DNA of 64,000 nucleotides from Methanosarcinales archaeon (lineage in GTDB: Archaea > Halobacteriota > Methanosarcinia > Methanosarcinales > Methanocomedenaceae), in assembly GCA_030627385.1 (NCBI GenBank), contig DAOUSF010000001.1:12077-76076 (forward strand), written 5' to 3'. Below are positions 43,714 to 52,677 of the stretch, piece by piece. The notes beneath the pieces were generated by a model that was not told the DNA's origin, did not search any database, and worked only from the letters and a program-made list of their open reading frames with translations. The translations under genes were made by a program, and so were the position numbers. Each line of letters begins with the position of its first letter. The first letter of the stretch is position 1.

Positions 43714-44634
43714 ATGAGTTTCAGGGACAGAATGAAACAACGCAAAGGTGGATTGAAAAAGAGGCACAATACGGCACCCAAGAAAAGTGGAGGCAGGTAT
43801 CCAACAGTATTTAATAAGAAGAACATTCCCGAAGGAGTGAACTTCTTTTCCTGTAAAGAAGGACAGCACATTGTTGATATCCTCCCCTGGGAAGCCGGGC
43901 CTGATATGCCTCTTGATGATCAGGGCCAGCCTGTCGTGGAAGAAGGCGGATTTGACTATGTTCTGGATTTGTATGTCCATCAGAATGTGGGTAAGATGCA
44001 GAAGCCCTACGTTTGTCCTTTTGAAAACTTTGGTGAATCATGTCCCATTTGTGAGTACATTAAAGCGAACAGATTGCCCAAAAAAGAATGGAGCAAGATT
44101 CGGGCAAAAAGGCGTTCCATATATCTGTTATGGGACAGAACTACTCCAGAATCGGAGAAAAAAGGTGTCCAGATTTTTGATGCCGCTCATTTCTTCATGG
44201 AAGAAAAAATCCTCGAAATCGCAAAGCTTCCCAGAGGTGGAGGATATGAAGTCTTTTCCGATCCTGATACAGGGAAAAGTGTATGCTGGACTCGTAAGGG
44301 TTCGGGGCAGGAAAATACACAGTACTTGGGCCACAGATTCATTGACAGGGAAGCACCAATCCCTGAAAGGATCCTTGACCAGGGCTTTGCTCTTGACCAG
44401 TGTATCAATATGCACCCTACTTATGAAGAAATCGCAGAAGAAGCGAAGGAATTACTTAGTAAGGGAAATCAAGCAACAGAAACGGATGACGATGTACCAT
44501 TTAAGGGTGATGAAGATATTCCGGATGATCATGTTCGGACGAATCGAAACCAAAAACAGGACAAAAAGGCGGGGGCAAAAAGTCCCAAAGCTGGCTTGAA
44601 TAAACGTGTGGTCCGCAGAGTTGTGAAAAAATAA
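43714..44634 (+). CDS. gp32-like ssDNA-binding protein
   Basis: YVCPFENFGESCPICEYIKANRL...KRRSIYLLW parallels the T4 gp32 region [24 protein letters not shown]...KRKTSYWAN. It has an acidic TDDDVPFKGDEDIPDD tail. 306 aa. Confidence 0.7.
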   Translation: MSFRDRMKQRKGGLKKRHNTAPKKSGGRYPTVFNKKNIPEGVNFFSCKEGQHIVDILPWEAGPDMPLDDQGQPVVEEGGFDYVLDLYVHQNVGKMQKPYVCPFENFGESCPICEYIKANRLPKKEWSKIRAKRRSIYLLWDRTTPESEKKGVQIFDAAHFFMEEKILEIAKLPRGGGYEVFSDPDTGKSVCWTRKGSGQENTQYLGHRFIDREAPIPERILDQGFALDQCINMHPTYEEIAEEAKELLSKGNQATETDDDVPFKGDEDIPDDHVRTNRNQKQDKKAGAKSPKAGLNKRVVRRVVKK

Positions 44635-44648
44635 AGGAGCATTGAAGA

Positions 44649-45830
44649 ATGAAAAAGAAGATCATCCTCAAAAAAAAGACTCCCATAAAGTTGCCCGTGA
44701 AGCTACCTGTTAAAAAGCTACCCGTCAAAAGTGAGTCGGAAGCAGTGGCAGAACAGTTTGACGAGCAACGGGAGGCAGAAGATTTCTATGATTATGAAAA
44801 GGAATCGTTTGTGGATCCTCTTACTCTAATTCCGACGGGCTCAACAACTTTCAATCTTGAATGCTCCGGACGTATCGAAGGGGCATTCAGGACTGGAAAA
44901 ATGGTCAATCTAATAGGAGATTCTCATGCTGGCAAAACTCTTTTTGCCTTTACAGTATTTGCGGAATGCGCCCTGCTGGAACGATTTGATAACTATAGGT
45001 TTATCTATGATGATGTTGAGGCCGCCAATGAGTTTAACCTTGCTTTATTATTCGGTAAGAAATGTGCCGACAGGATAGAGTTGGTCCGTTCCAAAACAAT
45101 TGAGGACTATAATGACAATATTGCCCGATACTTGGATGAGGGTCGTCCTTTCATTCATGTGCTGGATTCCTTTGATGCCTTGACTTCTGAGGCCGCCATG
45201 GAAAAAGATGCAGAGAACCGAAAAGCAAGAGAGAAGGGGAACAAAACCAAAGGAGATTATGGTGATGGTAAACCTAAGACATTCTCCCGTTTCTGTTCTC
45301 AAAGAATACAGGACCTAAGTGACAATGGATCCGCTTTAATCATTATCTCACAAACAAGGGATAACATAGGCTTTGGTGCTATGTTTACTCCCAAAACCAG
45401 ATCAGGAGGGAGGGCTCTAAAATTCTACGCCTTTCATGAAATTTGGCTTGCATGTCAGAAGAAGGAAAAAGAAGGGAAACGCACCATCGTTACAAATGTC
45501 CAGGCAAAAATCACCAAGAACAAATTGACTGGAAATCATGGTGAAGTTTATTTCCCTATACTACGTGATTATGGCGTTGATAACCTAAAGTCCTGTATAC
45601 ACTTCTTACAAGATGAAGGAGACTGGACGGGTACTGACGGAGCAATCAATACAAAAGGGTTTCTGGCACCCGATTTAACTTCTACCAATAAAAAGAAACA
45701 CCCATCCATTAAAATGATCATTGATGATATTGAACAAAATGACCGAGAATTGGAAATGTTCCGTCTCTGTCAAAGAACATTTGATCAAATTATGGAAAAT
45801 CTTAAACCTAAACGTAAACGAAAGTACTAA
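44649..45830 (+). CDS. RecA-superfamily recombinase (UvsX/RadA/Sak4-like)
   Basis: Walker A GDSHAGKT, Walker B HVLDSFDAL, IISQTRDNIG...RSGGRALKFYA. Confidence 0.7.
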   Translation: MKKKIILKKKTPIKLPVKLPVKKLPVKSESEAVAEQFDEQREAEDFYDYEKESFVDPLTLIPTGSTTFNLECSGRIEGAFRTGKMVNLIGDSHAGKTLFAFTVFAECALLERFDNYRFIYDDVEAANEFNLALLFGKKCADRIELVRSKTIEDYNDNIARYLDEGRPFIHVLDSFDALTSEAAMEKDAENRKAREKGNKTKGDYGDGKPKTFSRFCSQRIQDLSDNGSALIIISQTRDNIGFGAMFTPKTRSGGRALKFYAFHEIWLACQKKEKEGKRTIVTNVQAKITKNKLTGNHGEVYFPILRDYGVDNLKSCIHFLQDEGDWTGTDGAINTKGFLAPDLTSTNKKKHPSIKMIIDDIEQNDRELEMFRLCQRTFDQIMENLKPKRKRKY

Positions 45831-45847
45831 AGCCCTTGGAGAGAAAC

Positions 45848-46438
45848 ATGACTGGAAAGAAAACTGTAGTAAAAGACAATGGCGCCTTGAGCAGAATAAT
45901 CAGGGTAATGGTATCAAGACAAATTGATTATGCAAAGGTCAAAATTGAGTTTGAAGTGACTGAAAGCCTGTCGGAAGATCAGGAATGTGTAGAGGCGTTG
46001 ACAGGACTCTGTGAAGAATTGGAAACCCTTGCTGATAAGCGTATTGCCACTTATGATGAAGATTATGATCCCGATTCTGAACCCGATGCGGGAACAGACA
46101 AACCCGATTCTGAACCCGATTCTGAACCCGATGACACAGGTGACGACACGGGTGATGACACAGGAGCCGAGGAAATTGAACTTTCTGAGGATCTGATCAA
46201 TTCAATGAAAAAGGATGAGTTGATTGAACTCTGTGAAACTACAGAAGGCCTGGAAAATGTCGATACTTCCAAAAAAGTTACCCTTCTTAAAATGCTCATT
46301 ATTGATGCCCTTTTTGATGAAGAAGGGGGAGATGATACAGGCGGAGAAGATGACAACGGCACCGAAGAAGGTGATAGTGATGCCGGTGACAAAAGCGGTG
46401 ACGATGAGTGGCAGGATGATGACTGGCAAGATGATTAA
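45848..46438 (+). CDS. highly acidic repeat protein
   Basis: PDSEPD x3, DDTG x3 and a DDEWQDDDWQDD tail. ATG at 45848. Confidence 0.6.
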   Translation: MTGKKTVVKDNGALSRIIRVMVSRQIDYAKVKIEFEVTESLSEDQECVEALTGLCEELETLADKRIATYDEDYDPDSEPDAGTDKPDSEPDSEPDDTGDDTGDDTGAEEIELSEDLINSMKKDELIELCETTEGLENVDTSKKVTLLKMLIIDALFDEEGGDDTGGEDDNGTEEGDSDAGDKSGDDEWQDDDWQDD

Positions 46439-46471
46439 TGCATGATCAAAGTAATTTGACCACATAAATAA

Positions 46472-46502
46472 GAGATTCCCTGAGTTCTGCTTAGGGAGTC
46501 TC
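46472..46502 (+). terminator. 13-bp stem-loop (terminator or RNA-processing site candidate)
   Basis: GAGATTCCCTGAG-ttctg-CTTAGGGAGTCTC. There is no clear U-tract, and it sits just upstream of the FEN RBS. Confidence 0.35.
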
Positions 46503-46521
46503 CTTCACTTAAGGAGATCAG

Positions 46522-47403
46522 ATGGCACGGAAAAGGATTCTGTTAATGGACACCTCAAGTGTCCTACACATTGTAAAACACGCAGGAGGTAAACACCTCA
46601 AAGAAAAGGATAAGTCCACTTATATCATTCTTGGCTTTCTTTTTAAACTTCAATTATTAATGCAAAAAACCAAGCCTAATGTTTGTGCTTTTGCAACTGA
46701 CAGTCTTCCGGAAGATTCTGTCAGGAGAAAAATGTATCCAGGCTATAAGTTCAAAAGAAATACCCGAGAAAAGTCGGAGGCTGATCTTGCATTGGATGCA
46801 ATAGCATGGCCACAATTTGATGCTATGGAACAAGAAGTGTTGCCTATGATGGGATACTCTAATATATTCCTCACAAAGGGTCTTGAAGCTGATGACATAA
46901 TCGGAAAAATCTGTAAGTCCTACAAAAACTGTGAAATCATCATAGTAACCTCAGATCAAGATATGTATCAATTATTAACTCCCACCACATGCATCTTGAA
47001 ACCCAAAACCTCCACGTATTATACAAAGGCAATGTTTTTGAAGGAATATGGAATTGAGCCTTATATGTGGAAAAGAGTAAAAGCAATCGGGGGTTGCTCA
47101 ACTGATGAGGTTAAGGGCGTTCAAGGAGTTGCTGAAAATACTGCTTTGAAATATATTAAAGGTGAATTACCCGAGCATTGGAAATCATACAAAGCCATAA
47201 TCAGTAAGGAAGGAAAGAGAGTAATCAATCGAAACAAGTCCCTTGTGATACTTCCGTTTAGAAGAACACCTGAATACGATGTTCAACCTGATAGGGTAAG
47301 CAAGATCAGAGTTCAAGGAATGGCCAAACAATATGGATTCAAAGCAATATTGTCTGACCTGGAAAACTGGACAAGAATATTAAAAGGATGGGGATCGGTA
47401 TGA
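46522..47403 (+). CDS. 5'-3' exonuclease / flap endonuclease (T4 RNase H-like)
   Basis: ILLMDTSS, YPGYKFKR, GLEADDIIG, VTSDQDMYQLL and GGCSTDEVKGVQGVAENTA (H3TH). Confidence 0.85.
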   Translation: MARKRILLMDTSSVLHIVKHAGGKHLKEKDKSTYIILGFLFKLQLLMQKTKPNVCAFATDSLPEDSVRRKMYPGYKFKRNTREKSEADLALDAIAWPQFDAMEQEVLPMMGYSNIFLTKGLEADDIIGKICKSYKNCEIIIVTSDQDMYQLLTPTTCILKPKTSTYYTKAMFLKEYGIEPYMWKRVKAIGGCSTDEVKGVQGVAENTALKYIKGELPEHWKSYKAIISKEGKRVINRNKSLVILPFRRTPEYDVQPDRVSKIRVQGMAKQYGFKAILSDLENWTRILKGWGSV

Positions 47404-47930
47404 TAAAATTAACCCATAAAGAGTTATTAAGACAATTAATGTACAATCCTTGGAATGGTTTGTTTTATTGGAAAGTATCTAATTATTGGTCTGTAAAAGT
47501 TGGAAGTATTGCGGGAAGTTCAGATAAAGATGGGTATATCATAATAGGCATTAATGGAAAATCATATAAAGCACACAGGCTTGCTTGGTTTTATGTTTAT
47601 AATTGCTGGCCTGGAAAAAACTGTCATCATCGGGATGAGATAACATATCACAATTGGATTAGTAATTTAGGTGATGTATCACGTTCTGTCAATAACAGAA
47701 TCTCAGGAAATAATAAAAATAATACGAGTGGAGTAAAAGGTGTAAAATGGGATAAACAATCAAACAGATGGGAAACAGAAATTCATATAGATAGCAAATG
47801 TGTATATCTTGGTCGCCACAAAGATTTTGATGAGGCTGTTTGTCATAGATTAGCCTGTGAACAATGTATAGGTGATGAAAATTCTGAATCAACCAGTCCT
47901 GCTTATTTATACGTACAAGGAATGCTATGA
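47388..47930 (+). mobile_element. free-standing HNH homing endonuclease with AP2-type DNA-binding domain
   Basis: FYWKV...DGYIIIGINGKSYKAHRLAWFY...HHRD...N (HNH_3 type); NTSGVKGVKWDKQSNRWETEI...LGRHKDFDEAV (AP2). Confidence 0.8.
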
Positions 47931-48529
47931 AGAAAATATCAATAAGACAACCAAGACAACCAAGACAACCAAGACAAATTAAGCAGGAAGAATTAATCAA
48001 AATAAGGAAATTTTTTCATAAGAAACAAAATGGAATTTGTCCTATACTTAAATTACGTTTTAATGTATCTAAAATGTGTGTGGATCATGCTCATACTGCA
48101 AATTCAAATAATCTGGGTAGACCAGAGGAGGCGGGATTGATTCGTGGAGTTATACACAGACAAGCAAATACAATGGAAGGTAAGATAACAAATTCCTTCA
48201 TTCGTTGCGGTCTGCATAAGTTTGATATCACTATGCCTGACTTCCTTAGGCATCTGGCTGACTTCATTGAAAAACCTACTATGACTCATTTGGGATACAT
48301 TCATCCGAATGAAGTGCCCAAAGGTAAATATCTCGGAAAAACTTGTATGAATAGATTGGTAAAAGCATACAATCACAAATATCCTGGAAGAAATATTCCT
48401 GACGTTATGATATACAAAAAATGGAAAAAAGGAAAGAAAAAAGGAAAAGAAAAAGGCAAGAAGTTAACAGCAGGACTGGAGCGATTGTTCGAGGAGTTCA
48501 GTATAGAACCCAGTTTTTTAAAAGGATAA
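47927..48529 (+). CDS. endonuclease VII (T4 gp49)-like junction resolvase homolog
   Basis: QNGICPILKLRFN..CVDHAHT...AGLIRGVIHRQANTMEGKI...IHPNEV is collinear with T4 gp49 QNGKCLICQREL..HLDHDHE...GKVRGLLCNLCNAAEGQM...IHPNFV. The N-terminus carries an RQP x3 repeat. Confidence 0.65.
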   Translation: MKKISIRQPRQPRQPRQIKQEELIKIRKFFHKKQNGICPILKLRFNVSKMCVDHAHTANSNNLGRPEEAGLIRGVIHRQANTMEGKITNSFIRCGLHKFDITMPDFLRHLADFIEKPTMTHLGYIHPNEVPKGKYLGKTCMNRLVKAYNHKYPGRNIPDVMIYKKWKKGKKKGKEKGKKLTAGLERLFEEFSIEPSFLKG

Positions 48530-48530
48530 T

Positions 48531-48905
48531 ATGATAAACACGGATGAAATAACCAAACGAATCAATCAGCATCATTGCAAAATGTTTGGAGTTGATACCT
48601 TCAGTTCAGAAATGAGGCTTGATTATAAGCCCACAACTAAGAAAGAAATAAATTATTTTAAGGTATTCTTCTTCTTTGAGTTTTGTTCCGAACATGTGAA
48701 GTCTTTTTATCCATGGCTATTTAAATGGACAGTGGATGGCAAAAGTTGGGAAGGGCTTATTGATCCTATAATTAAAATTACACAAGATGGTAAAAATATC
48801 TCTTATGATTTGGATGAACATGCAATGAGAGAATCGGTATATAAGTTAATCCAAGCAAAAAAAGCAAATAATAACTATGGAGAATTACACAATGAATTAC
48901 ACTGA
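48531..48905 (+). CDS. hypothetical protein
   Basis: 124 aa, co-oriented. Confidence 0.55.
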   Translation: MINTDEITKRINQHHCKMFGVDTFSSEMRLDYKPTTKKEINYFKVFFFFEFCSEHVKSFYPWLFKWTVDGKSWEGLIDPIIKITQDGKNISYDLDEHAMRESVYKLIQAKKANNNYGELHNELH

Positions 48906-49467
48906 GGCTATAATAGTACTGGCACAACACCACATGACTCCCGAAGGATTTGATTTGTTGATGAAAATAGAAGGAAGAATGCCTGATATCTGGAACAAGC
49001 CCTCATCAAGCACAGGGAAATATCACAAGAAAGAGGATGGATCAGTTCCCACAATTGCTCATCATACCTATGAAATGCTTTATGCAGGAGCAAAGATCAT
49101 CCGCATGTTTGGCGGCAAAGTTGTTTCCATTCAAAATGATGCGTATATTATGGCGATTATTCTCCATGATATTCAGAAGTATGGCCCCAAAGGTAATATG
49201 CCTCACACAAATAATTATCATGATCGTTCAATGGCAGATCTGCTTGAGAAAAACAAGAGTGCCCTTAAAACACATTTCACAACCACTCAGGCAGATCTTG
49301 TTATTGCAGGAGTAAGATACCACAGTGGTAGATGGAGCAAGAGTGTCCCGAACATGAACGATTTCACCTTTGAACAATACCCTTCCGTTGTTATGTTTCT
49401 GCATATGCTGGACATGATGAGTACTGCGGACGTTTTGAAATTTCCTGATGTAAATAATGGGAGATAA
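48877..49467 (+). CDS. HD-domain phosphohydrolase
   Basis: KYHKKEDGSVPTIAHHT, IILHDIQKYG (HD) and RYHSGRW. The start is either 48877 or 48892. Confidence 0.6.
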   Translation: MENYTMNYTEAIIVLAQHHMTPEGFDLLMKIEGRMPDIWNKPSSSTGKYHKKEDGSVPTIAHHTYEMLYAGAKIIRMFGGKVVSIQNDAYIMAIILHDIQKYGPKGNMPHTNNYHDRSMADLLEKNKSALKTHFTTTQADLVIAGVRYHSGRWSKSVPNMNDFTFEQYPSVVMFLHMLDMMSTADVLKFPDVNNGR

Positions 49468-49512
49468 TGTCTTTAAGGATAAAAAATTATACCACTATAG
49501 GAGAATGCAGTT

Positions 49513-49806
49513 ATGTTAAAAAAGATCCTTGTTAAAAAATACAAATATAAAAATGGCTGGGATGGTACAATTAAGAAGGTTGAAATAATAAGAGAAACAG
49601 ACCGTAGTGTTTTCTTTTTGGGGGGAGGTAGATCTCCTAAAAATTCCAATAGTACAGTTTTCAGAGATACCCCCAATGAGGTTTTCCTTTGGCTTAAAGA
49701 ACGTCTTGAAAATGAAATGGATAGAGCGCAAAAGGAGTATATACGCAGAAAAGGAAAATATGATACACTGATAAACATGGGAACAGGATGGGAACAGGGG
49801 GCATAA
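49513..49806 (+). CDS. hypothetical protein
   Basis: 97 aa, basic. Confidence 0.5.
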   Translation: MLKKILVKKYKYKNGWDGTIKKVEIIRETDRSVFFLGGGRSPKNSNSTVFRDTPNEVFLWLKERLENEMDRAQKEYIRRKGKYDTLINMGTGWEQGA

Positions 49807-50100
49807 ATGATACCGTTCATAAATCTAAAGTGGAACAAAGAGAACGTATGGGTCGGTGATGCAGTTATCAAGTTCTATCATGGACAGAAATGTCCTTATT
49901 GCAGTTTTGCAGGAAAAGGCTACAATGATCTTGATAGTGAAGGCCCTTGGGATTTTGAATGCTATAACTGTAAACGGGAATGGTCAGTTGTTATGGATGA
50001 AGATGCTAAGGAAAAGAGAAAGTATCTTCTTGACACCCTCCATGAAATTGATTTTCTAATTGGAAGTGCCAAAGCGGTAAGGGGGTTTAAAAAAAGATGA
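49807..50100 (+). CDS. hypothetical zinc-ribbon protein
   Basis: CPYC...CYNC. Confidence 0.5.
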   Translation: MIPFINLKWNKENVWVGDAVIKFYHGQKCPYCSFAGKGYNDLDSEGPWDFECYNCKREWSVVMDEDAKEKRKYLLDTLHEIDFLIGSAKAVRGFKKR

Positions 50101-50402
50101 TTGAATTTTCCTGTAAAGATTGTGGAAGACTTCTGACAATTGATAGCTCATTAACTATTACCAGCCACACTATGATCAAAATCGGACCCTGTGAAAACTG
50201 TGATAATAACAGGTGTATAAAAGATACCTGTGATAAATTTACTGAATTAAAAGACGAACTCCAAGAAACAATTACCCAGCAACAAATTGATATTGAGGGT
50301 AATGATGAAATGCTCCAAGGAGTACAAAAATTGTCAGAAAGATGGGGCGGTTTAATAAAAAGGGAAATAAATGAAATCCTTGAAGGAGATAAAAATAAAT
50401 GA
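50097..50402 (+). CDS. hypothetical zinc-ribbon protein
   Basis: CKDCG...CENC; ATGA coupling. Confidence 0.5.
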   Translation: MIEFSCKDCGRLLTIDSSLTITSHTMIKIGPCENCDNNRCIKDTCDKFTELKDELQETITQQQIDIEGNDEMLQGVQKLSERWGGLIKREINEILEGDKNK

Positions 50403-51772
50403 GTCTTAAAATCGTACATCAAAACATGATCAAAATTAAAGATACAAAGTCTACGAATGCAAAGATATCAATGCTTGCTGAAATGCTCAAAAATGATACA
50501 TTCCGCTCAGTTATCACACTAATGTATGATGATGCGAAGCATTTTAAAGTGAACAAGCTTCCAAATAAAATGAAAGTGTCAGGAGGCCTTCTGGCTCCAT
50601 CAAGTTCTAACCATAATCAAGAGTTGTTTGCCTATCTGGAAAAATTAGCCCTACAAAAGGGTACGTCCAATTTGGATAAACAGAAATTGTGCAAACTCGC
50701 CTCAGTGGATACAGAAACATTTGAGGTGGTTACTCGGATTATAAACAAGGACGCTAAGTGTGGAATCGGTGGGAAGTCTATCAACAAGGCAATGTCTGAT
50801 CTTCTTTTCCTTATGCCCTATTGTCGATGCAGTACAGAAAAGGCGAAGATGGGGAATATTGATTATGAAAGAGGCGCCATTGGCCAAGAGAAAGCGGACG
50901 GAATGTTTGATAATATCATTATCGACCGCAATGGAGGTGTGTTATTCAGAACCAGAAATGGCAACATTATCCACCAGTTAGACCACCTTAAGGAGTTCTT
51001 ACAGAAAGCTCCTGAAAAATACAGGGATACTGTTTACATGGGGGAACTCCTTGTTAGTGTTGGAGGAAAGATTCTCCCCCGAAAAACAGGAAACGGGATT
51101 CTATCTTCATGTTTACAGAATACAGCGGATCCAAAAATGGCAAGGCAAGTCATCATAAAATTGTGGGATGCTGTTCCTCAAAAAGACTTCTGGGCGGGAT
51201 CATCTGAAATAGCCTACACGTATAGACTCAGTAGAGTGTCCACGTTCGTAAGGGAAATGGCAACTATTCAGCTATTTGAACAATCTCCTATAGAAACATT
51301 CTGGGTGCATAAAATAGAGTCCGTAATGTTACATTCCTTAGAAGAGGCACAAGCGTTTTACAAAAGATTGAGAGGTGAGGGAAAAGAAGGCGCCATTATA
51401 AAGAACATCCTTGCTAAATGGAAGGATAACACTTCTCCCGATCAAGTCAAAATGAAAGCTTGCAAGGATGTTGAACTTAGGATAGTAGGCTGGAAGTATG
51501 GCAAAGCTGATACAAGGTTCCATGATTGTATGGGTTCTGTTCAGTTGAAATCCGATGATGATCTTATCTTTGTTTCCGTAAGCGGATTCACCGACGATGA
51601 GAGACTCCTTGATTGGGATGCAAGAATAGGAAAGATAGCTACCCTTGAGTGTGACGGAATCATTTCTGACAAAGGCAAACCAGGCGTATACTCTCTTTAT
51701 CTTCCCAGAAATCTTGAAATGCGCCCTGATAGATCCAATACAGATAACTTAAAAAGCTTAAAAAAGAGGTAA
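50399..51772 (+). CDS. ATP-dependent DNA ligase
   Basis: Motif I EKADGMF (adenylation Lys), EGAIIKN, DQVKMK. Confidence 0.8.
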   Translation: MSLKIVHQNMIKIKDTKSTNAKISMLAEMLKNDTFRSVITLMYDDAKHFKVNKLPNKMKVSGGLLAPSSSNHNQELFAYLEKLALQKGTSNLDKQKLCKLASVDTETFEVVTRIINKDAKCGIGGKSINKAMSDLLFLMPYCRCSTEKAKMGNIDYERGAIGQEKADGMFDNIIIDRNGGVLFRTRNGNIIHQLDHLKEFLQKAPEKYRDTVYMGELLVSVGGKILPRKTGNGILSSCLQNTADPKMARQVIIKLWDAVPQKDFWAGSSEIAYTYRLSRVSTFVREMATIQLFEQSPIETFWVHKIESVMLHSLEEAQAFYKRLRGEGKEGAIIKNILAKWKDNTSPDQVKMKACKDVELRIVGWKYGKADTRFHDCMGSVQLKSDDDLIFVSVSGFTDDERLLDWDARIGKIATLECDGIISDKGKPGVYSLYLPRNLEMRPDRSNTDNLKSLKKR

Positions 51773-51775
51773 AAA

Positions 51776-52162
51776 ATGAAAGAGGGTTATTACCATTTAT
51801 ACAGTCCTGATGAAAAAGAACCTACATTGGTTCATGGATACTATTGTACTGACGAAGGAGGACAATTCGTCTTTGGGTTTAATACACATGACGGCGGAGG
51901 ATTGGTACGTCTTGACGATTTACGCAAAGAGTCAACTGTAATTCCTGTAACATTGAAGGAGCCCAGACTTGACTCTGTAAAAGATGAAAACAAAGAAAAA
52001 GGAATGAAGTATCTTTGTGAAGAAAATGATAATACCATTGAATACAGGCCTCTGGACAGTGAATTTTATATTGGACATGAATCAGGAGTTGGTGGTTACT
52101 GGGTTATCGGGGAACAGGACTTGAAACTTGCCCTGATGGAATTCGGCATTACCATTGAATAG
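51776..52162 (+). CDS. hypothetical protein
   Basis: RBS AAGAGG; 128 aa. Confidence 0.55.
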   Translation: MKEGYYHLYSPDEKEPTLVHGYYCTDEGGQFVFGFNTHDGGGLVRLDDLRKESTVIPVTLKEPRLDSVKDENKEKGMKYLCEENDNTIEYRPLDSEFYIGHESGVGGYWVIGEQDLKLALMEFGITIE

Positions 52163-52174
52163 GGAAGTATAAAA

Positions 52175-52229
52175 GTTAATGATTTATCATTAAAAAACGC
52201 TTGACTTTATTTGTCGTGTGTAGTACGAT
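52175..52229 (+). promoter_or_regulatory. class-2 promoter with upstream palindromic box, copy h
   Basis: Its 23-nt box GTTAATGATTTATCATTAAAAAA is identical to the one at 41618. It is followed by TTGACT (52201)-17 nt-TACGAT. The next ATG (52236) lies 7 nt after the -10. Confidence 0.6.
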
Positions 52230-52235
52230 CATAAA

Positions 52236-52445
52236 ATGAAAAATTACAAAAAAAGACGGCTTTACAATAAGAATGAATTTTGCAAATCAGTTTCCTGTTC
52301 TTGGCTTCACCCGATTACAAAAACGTGTGGAGACAAGGACGGGAATTGTTGTTTTACGGCAAAGGAATTTCACCATTGGTTAATTAAAAATAACTTTAGG
52401 ATTGTAAAAGATGAAAAAGATAGTAACCAAGACGTCAATTCGTAG
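52236..52445 (+). CDS. hypothetical Cys-rich protein
   Basis: 69 aa with no SD. Its position suggests a leaderless or near-leaderless mRNA. Confidence 0.45.
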   Translation: MKNYKKRRLYNKNEFCKSVSCSWLHPITKTCGDKDGNCCFTAKEFHHWLIKNNFRIVKDEKDSNQDVNS

Positions 52446-52677
52446 GAAATTAGAACAGAAGGCAAAAGTATTGATGATCTGTAATGCCAAGAAAAAGTTT
52501 GATCATTGCCTTACTTATTGCACTCATGGGATTTATCATGAAAAAGAAGTAGGAAGAGATGCCTGCCATAATAATACCGAAATCTGTAAAATACAACCCA
52601 GGATAGTTAGAGTCACTTGTCGGCATCTTACCGCTCAGGAAAAGCGAGATTGGATTGAAAAGGAAATAAACAAATGA
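52411..52677 (+). CDS. hypothetical Cys/His-rich protein
   Basis: 88 aa. It overlaps the previous ORF, so the start is uncertain. Confidence 0.45.
   Translation: MKKIVTKTSIRRKLEQKAKVLMICNAKKKFDHCLTYCTHGIYHEKEVGRDACHNNTEICKIQPRIVRVTCRHLTAQEKRDWIEKEINK

Noticed and set aside
43871-44599. 242-aa same-strand alternative-frame ORF inside the gp32-like SSB gene. It is very basic and stop-free for 729 nt.
   Set aside because: It is unusually long for an AT-rich genome and I considered an overprinted gene. There is no RBS at its ATG, and the sequence looks like frame-shifted Lys/Arg-rich noise. Ribosome profiling would settle it.
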